Assembly: GCA_029261055.1 (NCBI GenBank)
Contig: JAJDCA010000014.1
Location: 207,984 to 271,983, forward strand
Source: Candidatus Omnitrophota bacterium
GTDB taxonomy: Bacteria > Omnitrophota > Gorgyraeia > Zapsychrales > Zapsychraceae
DNA length: 64,000 nucleotides
Reading direction: 5' to 3'
Of this stretch, positions 42,632-52,695 are shown piece by piece. Every line of letters begins with the position of its first letter. Position 1 is the stretch's first letter. Position numbers and translations under genes: made by a program. The notes beneath the pieces were generated by a model that was given only the letters and a program-made list of their open reading frames with translations, did not search any database and had not been told where the DNA came from.

Positions 42632-43684
42632 ATGAATTCAAAAATAAAAAAAGTCATCGGTTGTTTTTCAGAAAAACGTATTGATGCGCTTCTAATTACA
42701 CGAGATGTTAATATTCAATACCTCATGGATTTTCCAGCTTCGGAATCTTGGTTGTTGATTACGCCTAAAAAGGTGTTTTATATTACAGATTCTCGTTATG
42801 TTTTAGAGGCTCGAGAAGGACTTAAAGGGGTTCAGGTTAAGCAATATACGAAGTCTATTTATGAGTTGATGTTTCAGCTCGCTAAGCAACAGGGATGTAA
42901 ACGTATTGGATTTGATGCACGGTATTTTTCACTGGAGCAATATGAAATATTAAAAAAACGAAGTTGCAGTGATATAAAATTGATCAAAGCTAACAATATG
43001 GTTGAGGATTTGCGGGAAATTAAAACAGCTACAGAAGTTGAAAAGATAAAATATGCGCTAAAATTACACAGGCAGGCACACCAATATCTAAAGAAAATTG
43101 TTAGGCCAGGGCTTTCTGAGAAAGAAATATTGTGTAAATTAGAACGATTCGTTAAGTCAAGAGGGGCTGGTTTTTCTTTTGATCCTATTATAGCGAGCGG
43201 GCCTAATTCTTGTTATCCTCATGCCAGAGTGACGGATCGTAAAATAAAGGATAACGAGCCAGTACTTATAGATATGGGGATCGACATAAATGGCTATAAG
43301 TCCGACTTGACACGTATGTTTTTTTTAGGTAAAATGGCGCAACTTGTTCAGGATGTAAATGATTTTGTTTTTGAATCACAGCGACGAGCTATTAAGAAAA
43401 TTTGTGAGGGTGTTTCCGCGTCAGAAATAGATCGGACAGCACGTAACTTCTTAGGAAAAAACAAGTTAGCAAAGTATTTTGGCCATTCTTTGGGGCATGG
43501 AGTTGGATTAGAAATTCATGAAAATCCTCGCTTGTCTCAAAAAAGCACATCTATTCTTAAAGAAGGAATGATTATTACCATTGAACCGGGCGTTTATATT
43601 CCGAAAAAATTTGGTGTTCGTATTGAAGATATGGTTTTAGTCAAAAAACAAGGGTATGAAATTTTAAGTGACGATATCTATTAA
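42632..43684 (+). CDS. Xaa-Pro aminopeptidase (M24B)
   Basis: TDSRY, SDLTR, HSLGHGVGLEIHE, IEPGVY, GVRIED. Confidence 0.93.
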   Translation: MNSKIKKVIGCFSEKRIDALLITRDVNIQYLMDFPASESWLLITPKKVFYITDSRYVLEAREGLKGVQVKQYTKSIYELMFQLAKQQGCKRIGFDARYFSLEQYEILKKRSCSDIKLIKANNMVEDLREIKTATEVEKIKYALKLHRQAHQYLKKIVRPGLSEKEILCKLERFVKSRGAGFSFDPIIASGPNSCYPHARVTDRKIKDNEPVLIDMGIDINGYKSDLTRMFFLGKMAQLVQDVNDFVFESQRRAIKKICEGVSASEIDRTARNFLGKNKLAKYFGHSLGHGVGLEIHENPRLSQKSTSILKEGMIITIEPGVYIPKKFGVRIEDMVLVKKQGYEILSDDIY

Positions 43685-44234
43685 TCAAATTAGATCAGGC
43701 ATGGGACTCTGTATCGATGGTAAAATTTATTTGATCATGGAGTATCATCATGTAAAGCCAGGCAAAGGAACAGCCTTTGTTCGTATAAAATTAAAAAATG
43801 TTAAAACAAAACAAGTTCTAGAAAGAACTTTCAAGACAGCTGATAAATTGGATGATGTCGAATTAGAAGAAAAAAAACTTCAGAATCTTTATCGTGCAGG
43901 CGATTCTTTTCATTTTATGGATCAAAATGCTTATGAAGAGGTTGTCATTTCAGAAGATGTTCTTGGTGCCAATATAAAATTCTTACAAGAAGATTTGGAG
44001 GTGACAGGGATTTTTTACAAAGATGAAGTCCTTGATGTGGCTCTACCAACATTTATTGAAGCTGAAATTACACATACGGAAGTTGGGCTAAAAGGAGATT
44101 CCTCAAAGGCAGGTACAAAACCTGCAACTATTGATACGGGCGCAGTTATTCAGGTTCCGTTATTTATTACCATGGATGACAAGGTGAAAATTGATACCAG
44201 GACAGGAGAATATGTCGAAAGGGTAAAAAAATGA
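43668..44234 (+). CDS. efp: Elongation factor P
   Basis: HVKPGKG, VPLFI, DTRTGEY. Confidence 0.97.
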   Translation: MTISINQIRSGMGLCIDGKIYLIMEYHHVKPGKGTAFVRIKLKNVKTKQVLERTFKTADKLDDVELEEKKLQNLYRAGDSFHFMDQNAYEEVVISEDVLGANIKFLQEDLEVTGIFYKDEVLDVALPTFIEAEITHTEVGLKGDSSKAGTKPATIDTGAVIQVPLFITMDDKVKIDTRTGEYVERVKK

Positions 44235-44686
44235 ATTTGAAAGAAATAAAAGAAATAATAAAATTAATGAATGAGAATGAGCTGGTTGAAATTGAAGTTG
44301 AGCGCGATGGCAGCAAGATTAAAGTTAAAAAAGCAAATACCGAATCTAATGAGGTTATTTATAAAAGGCCTATTGAGTATAAAGTTGCCCCACCATCAAG
44401 ACAAGAAGTTAAAGAAAGTTCTTCTGAGCCTGTAGTCGACTCGAATAAAAAAGAAATTAAATCGCCAATGGTCGGAACTTTTTATTCCGCCCCATCCCCA
44501 GAAGCATCTCCATTCGCTGAGGTCGGAAAAGTTGTCGAAATCGGGCAGGTTGTTTGTATTGTTGAGGCTATGAAATTAATGAATGAAATTAAATCAGAAG
44601 TTAAGGGTAAAATTGTTGAAATTTTAGTTTCGAATGCTCAACCTGTAGAATTTGGACAAACCTTATTCACTGTTGATCCGGTATAA
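44231..44686 (+). CDS. accB: Biotin carboxyl carrier protein
   Basis: [15 protein letters not shown]. Confidence 0.97.
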   Translation: MNLKEIKEIIKLMNENELVEIEVERDGSKIKVKKANTESNEVIYKRPIEYKVAPPSRQEVKESSSEPVVDSNKKEIKSPMVGTFYSAPSPEASPFAEVGKVVEIGQVVCIVEAMKLMNEIKSEVKGKIVEILVSNAQPVEFGQTLFTVDPV

Positions 44687-44688
44687 AT

Positions 44689-46047
44689 ATGTTTTCTAAA
44701 ATACTTATTGCTAATAGAGGGGAAATTGCCCTAAGAATTATACGGGCCTGTCGGGAGTTAAATATTCAGACGGTGGCAGTTTATTCTGAAGCTGATCGAG
44801 ATTCTCTTCATGTTCGTTTTGCAGATGAAACCGTGTGTATCGGTCCGTCGTCTAGTTTAGATAGTTATCTTAATATTCCAGCTATTATTTCTGCAGCAGA
44901 AATTACAGATGTAGAAGCTGTGCATCCAGGTTATGGTTTTCTTGCAGAAAATGCCCATTTTGCAGAAATTTGTGAATCGTGTGGCATTACTTTTATTGGT
45001 CCAAGTGCCTCCGTAATTAGATCAATGGGAGATAAAGTTGTAGCACGAGAAACTATGCGTAAAAACGGAGTTCCGCTAACACCTGGCGGTAAGGGAATTA
45101 TCAAGAGTAAAGAAGATGCTCTTACTGTTGCTAAGAAAATTAAATATCCTGTTATCATCAAAGCCGTTTCCGGCGGTGGTGGAAAAGGTATGAGAGTGTG
45201 TCATAACGATGTGTCTTTGATGAATTCTGTTGTCATTGCTCAGAATGAAGCGGAAGCCAACTTTGGAAATTCCGAAGTGTATATTGAAAAATATATCCAA
45301 GATCCTCGGCACATTGAATTTCAAATAATCGCGGATAAGCATGGCAATGTTATACATTTGGGTGAAAGAGATTGTAGCATTCAAAGGCGGCATCAGAAAT
45401 TATTAGAAGAAGCCCCTTCACCAGCTTTAAATAGCAAATTGAGAAAACGTATGGGAGAGGTTGCCGTTAAAGCTGCAAAGGCCGTCAATTATGAAAATGT
45501 TGGTACAATTGAATTTCTTTTAGATAGTAGTGGTGAATTCTATTTTATGGAAATGAATACCCGTGTTCAGGTAGAGCATCCTGTTACAGAAATGGTTACA
45601 GGGATCGACATCGTTAAAGAACAAATTAAGATTGCCACTGGTGAAAAGCTGACGATTAAACAGGAGGATGTTAAAATTCGCGGTGCCGCTATTGAATGTC
45701 GTATCAATGCAGAGGATCCAAAAAATAATTTTATGCCCTCTCCTGGAACAATTGAACAATTAAATCTTCCAGGGGGTAGAGGAATAAGGATCGATACGCA
45801 TATATACCCTGGTTATAAAATTAGTCCATTTTATGATTCTATGGTGGCTAAATTAATTGCTTATGGCGATGATCGAAAAGAAGCCATAGCCATCATGAAA
45901 AGAGCGTTAGATGAATTTTATATAAGTCCAGTTAAAACAACCAGTGGGTTACATAGTGAAATTTTGAACCATCCTACATTTTTAGAAGGAAAAATTACGA
46001 CACATTTTTTAGAAAAAATGATGAAAAATGAAGGGGAAAATGTCTAA
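44689..46047 (+). CDS. accC: Biotin carboxylase
   Basis: [35 protein letters not shown]. Confidence 0.97.
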   Translation: MFSKILIANRGEIALRIIRACRELNIQTVAVYSEADRDSLHVRFADETVCIGPSSSLDSYLNIPAIISAAEITDVEAVHPGYGFLAENAHFAEICESCGITFIGPSASVIRSMGDKVVARETMRKNGVPLTPGGKGIIKSKEDALTVAKKIKYPVIIKAVSGGGGKGMRVCHNDVSLMNSVVIAQNEAEANFGNSEVYIEKYIQDPRHIEFQIIADKHGNVIHLGERDCSIQRRHQKLLEEAPSPALNSKLRKRMGEVAVKAAKAVNYENVGTIEFLLDSSGEFYFMEMNTRVQVEHPVTEMVTGIDIVKEQIKIATGEKLTIKQEDVKIRGAAIECRINAEDPKNNFMPSPGTIEQLNLPGGRGIRIDTHIYPGYKISPFYDSMVAKLIAYGDDRKEAIAIMKRALDEFYISPVKTTSGLHSEILNHPTFLEGKITTHFLEKMMKNEGENV

Positions 46048-46403
46048 TGAAACAGAATGATACTCTTGATCTTGGTTCTGTACAGATTCACAGAAAAGTT
46101 TTGGCTGAAATAATTAATTCAGCTATCGAGAGCGTTGATGGTGTTCAATTGATTCAACATAATTTTTCTTTAAAAGTTTCTCAATTTTTTAAGCGTAATA
46201 ATTTTCCTGGTATTCTTATTAAAGAAGATGATAAACATAATGTTAGTCTTGAATTAAAAGTTTTTGTTCGTTATGGTATTAACATTCCTGATGCGGCTCG
46301 ACAAATTCAAACAAGCGTACGGGCAGCAGTTAAGAAAACGGTTGATCTTAATTTTAAGGATATTAATATTCATATTGAAGGGATAGAAAGGGGGCAAGGA
46401 TGA
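46047..46403 (+). CDS. Asp23/Gls24 family protein
   Basis: LGSVQI...YGINIP...INIHIEGI; located after accC. Confidence 0.85.
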   Translation: MKQNDTLDLGSVQIHRKVLAEIINSAIESVDGVQLIQHNFSLKVSQFFKRNNFPGILIKEDDKHNVSLELKVFVRYGINIPDAARQIQTSVRAAVKKTVDLNFKDINIHIEGIERGQG

Positions 46404-47017
46404 GTTTTTTTCAAAGAGTGATTGGTCTATTTTATGTTTTATTAGTTTTATTTCTAACCTGTAGTTTTGGTTTGTTTCTTTTGCATAAAATTTCTTTTGA
46501 TCAAGCAATTACATTTATTTATTTGATATACAGTGACGAGCAATTAAGAATTATTTTTGGAAGTGCAACGGGTTTGTTATTAGTAGTGAATTTTGCTTTC
46601 TTCAAGTTATTTACTCGTAATTCCAAAAAAGAGAAAATTATTGCTTTTGATAATCCTTCCGGAAGGGTGAGTGTGGCATTAACAGCTTTAGAGGACTTGG
46701 TCAAACGGATGACGGTTAAGTTATCAGAGGTGAGAGATGTTAAATCAAGTATTACTACTTCCAAAAAGGGATTGAAAATTAAGATTCGGTTGGTACTTTG
46801 TTCTGAGGTTAATATCCCTGAAGTCACATCTAGAGTACAAGATTCTGTTAAGAAAAAAATTCAAGATACCATAGGGCTTGATGAAGCTGTGGATATTGCG
46901 ATATACGTTGGAAAAATTGTTCCAGAGCCTTCCAAAAAAGAAAAACAGCAAGATAAAGTCGAACCAAAGCAAGAAAATCTTGAACCCAATATTCCTTTTC
47001 AAGGTTACAGAGCATAA
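46400..47017 (+). CDS. AmaP-like membrane anchor protein
   Basis: Two N-terminal TMs, G.V.V...ALEDL, Asp23-like C-terminal half. Confidence 0.75.
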   Translation: MSFFQRVIGLFYVLLVLFLTCSFGLFLLHKISFDQAITFIYLIYSDEQLRIIFGSATGLLLVVNFAFFKLFTRNSKKEKIIAFDNPSGRVSVALTALEDLVKRMTVKLSEVRDVKSSITTSKKGLKIKIRLVLCSEVNIPEVTSRVQDSVKKKIQDTIGLDEAVDIAIYVGKIVPEPSKKEKQQDKVEPKQENLEPNIPFQGYRA

Positions 47018-47022
47018 AATTT

Positions 47023-48045
47023 ATGAAAAAAATAGGCATATTAACAGGTGGTGTTGATTGTCCTGGTTTGAACTCAGTCATTCGTGCTGTTGTCAGAAAA
47101 TCACTTCACGAAGGATATGTTGTCACCGGGATTAAGAATGGTTGGAATGGTCTTGTCGAAAATGACATGCGTGTATTAGACTTGCGCATAACTTCCGGCA
47201 TTTTAGACCGGGGGGGGACGATTTTAGGTACGAGTTTATGTCATTCCCCTCTTGAGACTGAAAAAATGGCCGCCATTATGGAAAATTTTAAACGTGGGGG
47301 CATGGATGCGTTAATTGCTGTTGGAGGAGAAAATACCTTAAAAGTCGCTTTGGACTTATATGAACAAAATGGGCTTCCGGTTGTCGGGGTCCCAAAATCC
47401 ATAGATAATGCTCTTTCGGGCACTGATTATGCTTTTGGTTTTGACACGGCGGTCGATGTTGCTACGGCTTGTATTGATCGTCTTCATACAACAGCAGAAA
47501 GTCATCATCGCATTATTGTTATTGAAGTTATGGGGCGGCACACAGGATGGATAGCTCTGGAGGCTGGTATTGCTGGTGGAGCAAATATTATACTTGTCCC
47601 TGAATATCCTATTGATCTTCAAGAAGTTTGTGAATCTATAAGTTCCCGTCATAAGCGTGGAAAAACATTTAGTATTATTGTTGTATCCGAAGGTGCAAAG
47701 ATTAAGGGCCAAGCCGCTCGTGAAAATGATGATGAGGGCCCAAGAAAACATGCGGATAATATTGGGAAAATTATTGCTAATTTAATTGAAGAAAAAACAG
47801 GATATGAAACTCGTGTGAGTGTTTTGGGTCACATTCAAAGAGGAGGTTCTCCTTCTGCATACGATCGAATTCTTGGAACACGTTTTGGTGTGAAGGCCGT
47901 TGATTTGATAAAAGAAAGTCAATTCGGAAAAATGGTAAATTTGCATAATAATAAGATTAATTGTGTCGATATTTCCGAAGCCGTTAAAAAACATAAATCA
48001 ATTAATAAGGATTTGTTTTCGATTGCACAGTTATTTTCCGCATGA
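47023..48045 (+). CDS. pfkA: 6-phosphofructokinase family protein with atypical active site
   Basis: DCPGLN, GGTILG, FGFDTA, EVMGR, LGHIQRGG; donor-site substitutions described in findings. Confidence 0.85.
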   Translation: MKKIGILTGGVDCPGLNSVIRAVVRKSLHEGYVVTGIKNGWNGLVENDMRVLDLRITSGILDRGGTILGTSLCHSPLETEKMAAIMENFKRGGMDALIAVGGENTLKVALDLYEQNGLPVVGVPKSIDNALSGTDYAFGFDTAVDVATACIDRLHTTAESHHRIIVIEVMGRHTGWIALEAGIAGGANIILVPEYPIDLQEVCESISSRHKRGKTFSIIVVSEGAKIKGQAARENDDEGPRKHADNIGKIIANLIEEKTGYETRVSVLGHIQRGGSPSAYDRILGTRFGVKAVDLIKESQFGKMVNLHNNKINCVDISEAVKKHKSINKDLFSIAQLFSA

Positions 48046-48611
48046 TGATGAAAGAAAAAATTACAAAGATTTTTGAAGAATCTATCCATGTCAAACAAAA
48101 GACCCTCGCCGAAAATATTGATCCTATAATCAAAGTTGTTAAAGAAATTACAAAAGTCTTTAAACGAAAAGGTAAGGTTTTGTTTTTTGGTAATGGCGGT
48201 TCTGCAGCAGATAGTCAACATATTGCGGCTGAGTTTATAGGACGATTTCAAAAAGAACGTAAAGCCTTACCAGCACTTGCTCTCACCACAGACACATCTA
48301 TTTTAACTGCCTTGGGAAATGATTATATTTTTGATATTATATTCGCACGTCAAATTGAAGGGTTAGGGAAAAAGGGAGATATGGCTTTTGGGATTTCCAC
48401 AAGTGGCAATTCTAAAAATGTCATCGCTGGAATAAAGCAGGCGAAGAAAATGGGGATGACAACGGTTTCTTTAACCGGATGTCGCGGAGGAAAACTTGCC
48501 CGGTTAACGGATATAAATCTTATTGTACCATCTTCTAACACAGCCAGGATTCAAGAATCTCATATTTGTATCGCCCATACGATTTGTGAATTGGTTGAGA
48601 ATCAATTTTAA
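48042..48611 (+). CDS. gmhA: D-sedoheptulose-7-phosphate isomerase
   Basis: GNGGSAADSQH, ISTSGNS, RIQESH. Confidence 0.95.
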   Translation: MMMKEKITKIFEESIHVKQKTLAENIDPIIKVVKEITKVFKRKGKVLFFGNGGSAADSQHIAAEFIGRFQKERKALPALALTTDTSILTALGNDYIFDIIFARQIEGLGKKGDMAFGISTSGNSKNVIAGIKQAKKMGMTTVSLTGCRGGKLARLTDINLIVPSSNTARIQESHICIAHTICELVENQF

Positions 48612-48616
48612 GTTCT

Positions 48617-49099
48617 ATGCCTTCTAAGAAAAATCCTACTATTACTGCATTAAAAAAAGAAATTATCCGACATCGTCGACAAGGAAAGAAAATCGTTTTT
48701 ACAAATGGTTGTTTTGATATTCTTCATTGGGGGCATGTCCAATATTTACAGACCGTTAAGAAAACAAACAGGATTTTGGTTGTCGGATTAAACAGTGACA
48801 GTTCTATACGAGAAATTAAAGGACCAAAGCGACCGATTCTTCCTCAGCAGGCTCGTTTGAATGTTCTAACCGCTTTAGAATGTGTTGACTATGTGATTAT
48901 GTTTAATGAAGCAACCCCTTACCGCCTTATTTCGTCTGTAAAGCCGGATATCCTTGTGAAGGGAGCAGATTGGAAGGGCAAACAAGTTGTCGGGAGTGAC
49001 GTCGTTGAAAAAAGTGGAGGGAAGGTTGAATACATTAAATACTTACCTAAATATTCTACATCAAACATAATAGAGACGATTCTGAAGCGTTGTTCATGA
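48617..49099 (+). CDS. rfaE2: D-glycero-beta-D-manno-heptose-1-phosphate adenylyltransferase (HldC/RfaE2)
   Basis: FTNGCFDILH.GH, GLNSDSS, VKGAD. Confidence 0.92.
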   Translation: MPSKKNPTITALKKEIIRHRRQGKKIVFTNGCFDILHWGHVQYLQTVKKTNRILVVGLNSDSSIREIKGPKRPILPQQARLNVLTALECVDYVIMFNEATPYRLISSVKPDILVKGADWKGKQVVGSDVVEKSGGKVEYIKYLPKYSTSNIIETILKRCS

Positions 49100-49147
49100 A
49101 CTGAGCAATGTTTCATTTCTTTATGCTTCACAATACTTAAATTCTGT

Positions 49148-49561
49148 ATGTCGATCGAAAAACAAAAATTATATCGCATTGTAGACGCCAATTTTAATCG
49201 AGCTAAAGAAGGGCTAAGAGTTTGTGAAGACATTTGCCGTTTTATTTATGACGATAAAACGGCAACAAAAAAATATAAGCACATTCGGCATCGTTTAACG
49301 AGTATTATCTCTTTATTTAAATGGTCTCAAATTATTTTGGCACGAGATATTGTCGGGGATGTAGGCAAGCCAACCATTGACGTTGAGTTGAAACGTAAAA
49401 AAGTGCAGGATATTTTTTATGCTAATTCTCAACGGGTCAAAGAATCTGTCCGTGTTTTAGAGGAATTTACGAAACTTTTTAATAAAAAAGCAGCCCAAGC
49501 ATTGAAAGAATTACGTTATCAAGTTTATGACATCGAAAAGAAAATTGTTGGAAAAATGTAG
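49148..49561 (+). CDS. ThiD2-family protein (N-terminal domain of cyanobacterial-type ThiE)
   Basis: RIVDANFNRAKEGLRVCED, AN.QRVKES.RVLEE. Confidence 0.85.
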   Translation: MSIEKQKLYRIVDANFNRAKEGLRVCEDICRFIYDDKTATKKYKHIRHRLTSIISLFKWSQIILARDIVGDVGKPTIDVELKRKKVQDIFYANSQRVKESVRVLEEFTKLFNKKAAQALKELRYQVYDIEKKIVGKM

Positions 49562-50174
49562 GTTGTATTTAATTCTAGATACGCAGGTTGCCGATTATGC
49601 CAAGCTTTTAAATGTTGCCAAAAAAGCAATGTCTGCAGGGGTTGATATTATTCAACTACGTGACAAACATGGTTCTGCTCGGGATATTATAAAGTTTTCA
49701 AACCATCTAATCAAACTAACACGCAATAAAATTCCCTTTATTATCAATGACCGTGCGGATTTAGCTTATGTATGTAATGCTTCAGGTGTTCATTTAGGCC
49801 AGGATGATATGCCTATGCAGGCAGCCAGGAAAATATTGGGTGCACGATCTATAATCGGGGTTTCCTGCCAGAGTTTAGCTCATGTGCGAAAAGCTATTAC
49901 CGATGGGGCCGACTACCTCGGTTTTGGTTCGGTATTCAAGACGCAGACAAAGCCGGAACGCGACCCCATGGCCGTTTCATTATTAGCCAAAGTAGCTAAA
50001 GTAACTCGCCTTAAGCAAATTCCTATTTTTGCTATCGGAGGGATAACACCTAAAAATTTACCACAAATACAAGCAGTTGGTGTTAATCGTATTGCTGTTT
50101 GTCGGGCGATTTCTGAGGTGAAAAATGTCAGTGAGGTTTCTCGGAATTTTAAAAGATTTTTACTGGAAAAATAG
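49527..50174 (+). CDS. thiE: Thiamine-phosphate synthase
   Basis: QLRDK, IINDRADLA, GVHLGQDD, FAIGGI. Confidence 0.93.
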   Translation: MTSKRKLLEKCRLYLILDTQVADYAKLLNVAKKAMSAGVDIIQLRDKHGSARDIIKFSNHLIKLTRNKIPFIINDRADLAYVCNASGVHLGQDDMPMQAARKILGARSIIGVSCQSLAHVRKAITDGADYLGFGSVFKTQTKPERDPMAVSLLAKVAKVTRLKQIPIFAIGGITPKNLPQIQAVGVNRIAVCRAISEVKNVSEVSRNFKRFLLEK

Positions 50175-50254
50175 CTTCGGGAGTTCTTAAGATATTATCT
50201 GATCTCCGTCGATAAATATGTTCTTAAAAGTTGTTTAAAAGCTACAAAAGGATC

Positions 50255-50283
50255 TTGTCATAAAGAGTATCTTATGCTAAGAT
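50255..50283 (+). promoter_or_regulatory. Sigma70-type promoter for the tRNA-Gly/LysM-M23 transcript
   Basis: TTGTCA-17 nt-TAAGAT with a TG extended -10; predicted TSS near 50290. Confidence 0.55.
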
Positions 50284-50291
50284 TTCCAATC

Positions 50292-51041
50292 ATGCTAAAC
50301 TATAAATCGAACCATATTTGCGAGGGTCGTTCAGGGGTAGGACATCAGCTTCCCAAGCTGAGAACACGGGTTCGATTCCCGTTCCTCGCTTTTTTTATGG
50401 TATCTGCGATGTTAATATCCGGTTGCTCAACGTTTGAAGTCGCTCCGGAGTATGTTTATACAGAACTTCCTGAACCAGATAAAAATGGTGTTTATCATAA
50501 AGTTAATGTAGGTGAAACTATTTGGCGTATTGCCAAAACATATGATGTTGCAATTGATGATATTATCAAGGCGAATAATATTCCCAATGTAGCCAAGGTA
50601 GAGAAGGATCAGCTTCTTTTTATTCCGGGAGCCTATTCTCAAAAAAAAATTATTCTTGATACTGGTGACAACAAAAATGAATTTGTATGGCCGGTAAAAG
50701 GAAAAGTTATTCATTATTTTCATCAGCGCTATGGAAATCAGATTAACAAGGGGATTGATATCCAGGCTAAAGATGGGGCTCCCGTACTGGCCGCTCGGAC
50801 AGGTCGTGTAGTATTAGCCGATTATCTGGGAGGGTATGGCCACACCGTCATTTTAGATCATTTAGACGGCTTTTATTCCGTTTATGCGCATAATGCAAAA
50901 CTTTCGGTTAGGTTAGATGAGCTTGTTTTAAAAAATAAAGAAATTGCCTTAGTAGGAAAAAATGAAAATCAGTTAGCTTATTTGCATTTTGAGGTACGTA
51001 AAAATTCAATTGAAGATAATCCGTTGTATTATTTGCCATAA
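50292..51041 (+). CDS. LysM + M23 (NlpD-like) lipoprotein; start uncertain, reading frame runs through tRNA-Gly
   Basis: Lipobox LISG-C, LysM HKVNVGETIWRIA, M23 NKGIDI/YAH/LHFE. The first Zn ligand is Asn rather than His, as in NlpD-like amidase activators. Confidence 0.85.
   Translation: MLNYKSNHICEGRSGVGHQLPKLRTRVRFPFLAFFMVSAMLISGCSTFEVAPEYVYTELPEPDKNGVYHKVNVGETIWRIAKTYDVAIDDIIKANNIPNVAKVEKDQLLFIPGAYSQKKIILDTGDNKNEFVWPVKGKVIHYFHQRYGNQINKGIDIQAKDGAPVLAARTGRVVLADYLGGYGHTVILDHLDGFYSVYAHNAKLSVRLDELVLKNKEIALVGKNENQLAYLHFEVRKNSIEDNPLYYLP
50320..50390 (+). tRNA. tRNA-Gly(CCC), no encoded CCA
   Basis: Acceptor GCGAGGG/TCCTCGC; D arm GTTC/GGAC; anticodon arm TCAGC-TTCCCAA-GCTGA; T arm ACGGG-TTCGATT-CCCGT. 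Confidence 0.92.
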
Positions 51042-51054
51042 GGTATTTTAGGAA

Positions 51055-52689
51055 ATGAATCCAATCGATATTAGAAGAGATTTTTTTGGGCGCAAAGAAC
51101 ATTTAGATCTTCTTAAGCGACGTGTGATTGATCTTAAAGAGGGGTATCGACAAAATGTAGCTCTTTTGGGAAATCGTTACGTTGGTAAAAGTATGCTTTT
51201 ACAATATTTTCTTTCCGAGTTAGATGATGATGATAAAATTGTTATTTATCTCGACTTAGAGAATAAAGATTTTCATTACTTTTTTTCTAAGTTTACAACA
51301 AGCCTTCTATACAATTTTTCAAAAAGTAAACATTTACCAATCTATGATGATTTAAATCTTTTTTTAGAAAGTACAAAGAGCATTATTCCGCATACCATCG
51401 AAGTGATTCGAAAAATTCAAGCAGATTATCAAAAAGGGAAATTTGAAGATACTTATTTAGGATTGTTAACTTTGCCTGAGGTGTTTACCCATGAAACAGG
51501 GCAATATTGTTTGCTTATTTTAGATGAATTTCAGAATTTAGATGTTTTTGATTTTCCGAATGTTTTTCAAGATCTTGGTAAGAAAATTATGACACAAAAA
51601 AAGTGTTTTTATATTGTGACAAGTTCTTATCCTGAAACAGCAAAAAAGATTTTATCAGAAAAATTGTCATTGCTTTTTGGGAATTTTGAAGTCATCAACC
51701 TTGAGCCCTTTGATATACAGGAAGGTCAAAAGTGTATTACGAATAATTTAGCTGATAATAAAATTGGACTACAGCTATGCAGTTTTTTAGCAGATTTTAC
51801 CGGAGGACACCCGTTGTATTTAAATTTGATTTGTCAGGAATTAATCAGTCTTTGTGCTATCCATAATCAAAATGAAATTTATAAACCGGTACTTTCCCAG
51901 GCTGTAGAAAATACAATATTTGGTCGATGGGGTGTGATTAGTAGGCATTTTGAATTAATTGTTAATGAATTATGTAGTGGTAAAGGGAATCGATTGATGT
52001 CTTCCGTTTTAATGTCTTTATCTAATGGGAAGCATAAAGTGGATGATTTAGTAAATGATATTGGTGTGAAAAAAGGGCAGATAGCGCAAAAAATTAACCG
52101 GCTTTTAGAATTAGGCATTGTTGTTAAAAATGGTAATTTTCATTATTTGCAGGACAAGCTTTTTAGATATTGGATTAAATTTGTTTATCAGAAAAGAATG
52201 AAAGATTTAGAATTAACCCCGGATAAACAAAGAAAACAATTTAAAGAAGAGTTTCACCTGAGTGTTGAGAATTTTAAAATGTCTTCACGTAAAGATTTCG
52301 CGTCCAGAATTACAGAGCTTTTATATTGTTTTGATAATGAAGCTTTTCATCTCAACGGCAGGAAATATAAATTACCTGTGTTTCGTGAAATTGTTCCTAT
52401 TAAACTCAAAAGTGATAAAGGAATGTATTTTGATATGCTCAAGGCTTCAACGCGAGATGATACGTGGTTTGTTGTGGTCAAAAAAGATCATCTTGGGGAA
52501 AATGATGTGAATGAAATTCTTGCAGCTTCGAAAGAAATTGTAAAGAAACCTGGTCGGTATGTAATTATATCGCTTGCCGCCCTTGACCAAAATACGCGTT
52601 TAAAGGCTTTGCAAGAAAGATTTTGGATTTGGAATGAGGGAGAATTAAACGATTTATTAACCCTTTTTGATAAACCTTATATAGTTTAA
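51055..52689 (+). CDS. STAND-like (archaeal ATPase family) NTPase with wHTH and a degenerate nuclease-like C-terminus
   Basis: FFGR..., Walker A GNRYVGKS, Walker B LLILDEFQ, TGGHPLYL. Confidence 0.75.
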   Translation: MNPIDIRRDFFGRKEHLDLLKRRVIDLKEGYRQNVALLGNRYVGKSMLLQYFLSELDDDDKIVIYLDLENKDFHYFFSKFTTSLLYNFSKSKHLPIYDDLNLFLESTKSIIPHTIEVIRKIQADYQKGKFEDTYLGLLTLPEVFTHETGQYCLLILDEFQNLDVFDFPNVFQDLGKKIMTQKKCFYIVTSSYPETAKKILSEKLSLLFGNFEVINLEPFDIQEGQKCITNNLADNKIGLQLCSFLADFTGGHPLYLNLICQELISLCAIHNQNEIYKPVLSQAVENTIFGRWGVISRHFELIVNELCSGKGNRLMSSVLMSLSNGKHKVDDLVNDIGVKKGQIAQKINRLLELGIVVKNGNFHYLQDKLFRYWIKFVYQKRMKDLELTPDKQRKQFKEEFHLSVENFKMSSRKDFASRITELLYCFDNEAFHLNGRKYKLPVFREIVPIKLKSDKGMYFDMLKASTRDDTWFVVVKKDHLGENDVNEILAASKEIVKKPGRYVIISLAALDQNTRLKALQERFWIWNEGELNDLLTLFDKPYIV

Positions 52690-52695
52690 AAAAAC

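Noticed and set aside
49148-50174. Frameshifted ThiD2-ThiE fusion (pseudogene)
   Set aside because: Both ORFs are complete with their own ATG starts, and stand-alone ThiD2 genes are known; the 35-nt overlap is comparable to others in this window.
50390-51041. Integrated element at the tRNA-Gly 3' end (also considered for tRNA-Thr and tRNA-Trp)
   Set aside because: No integrase and no duplicated tRNA 3' end seen in the window.
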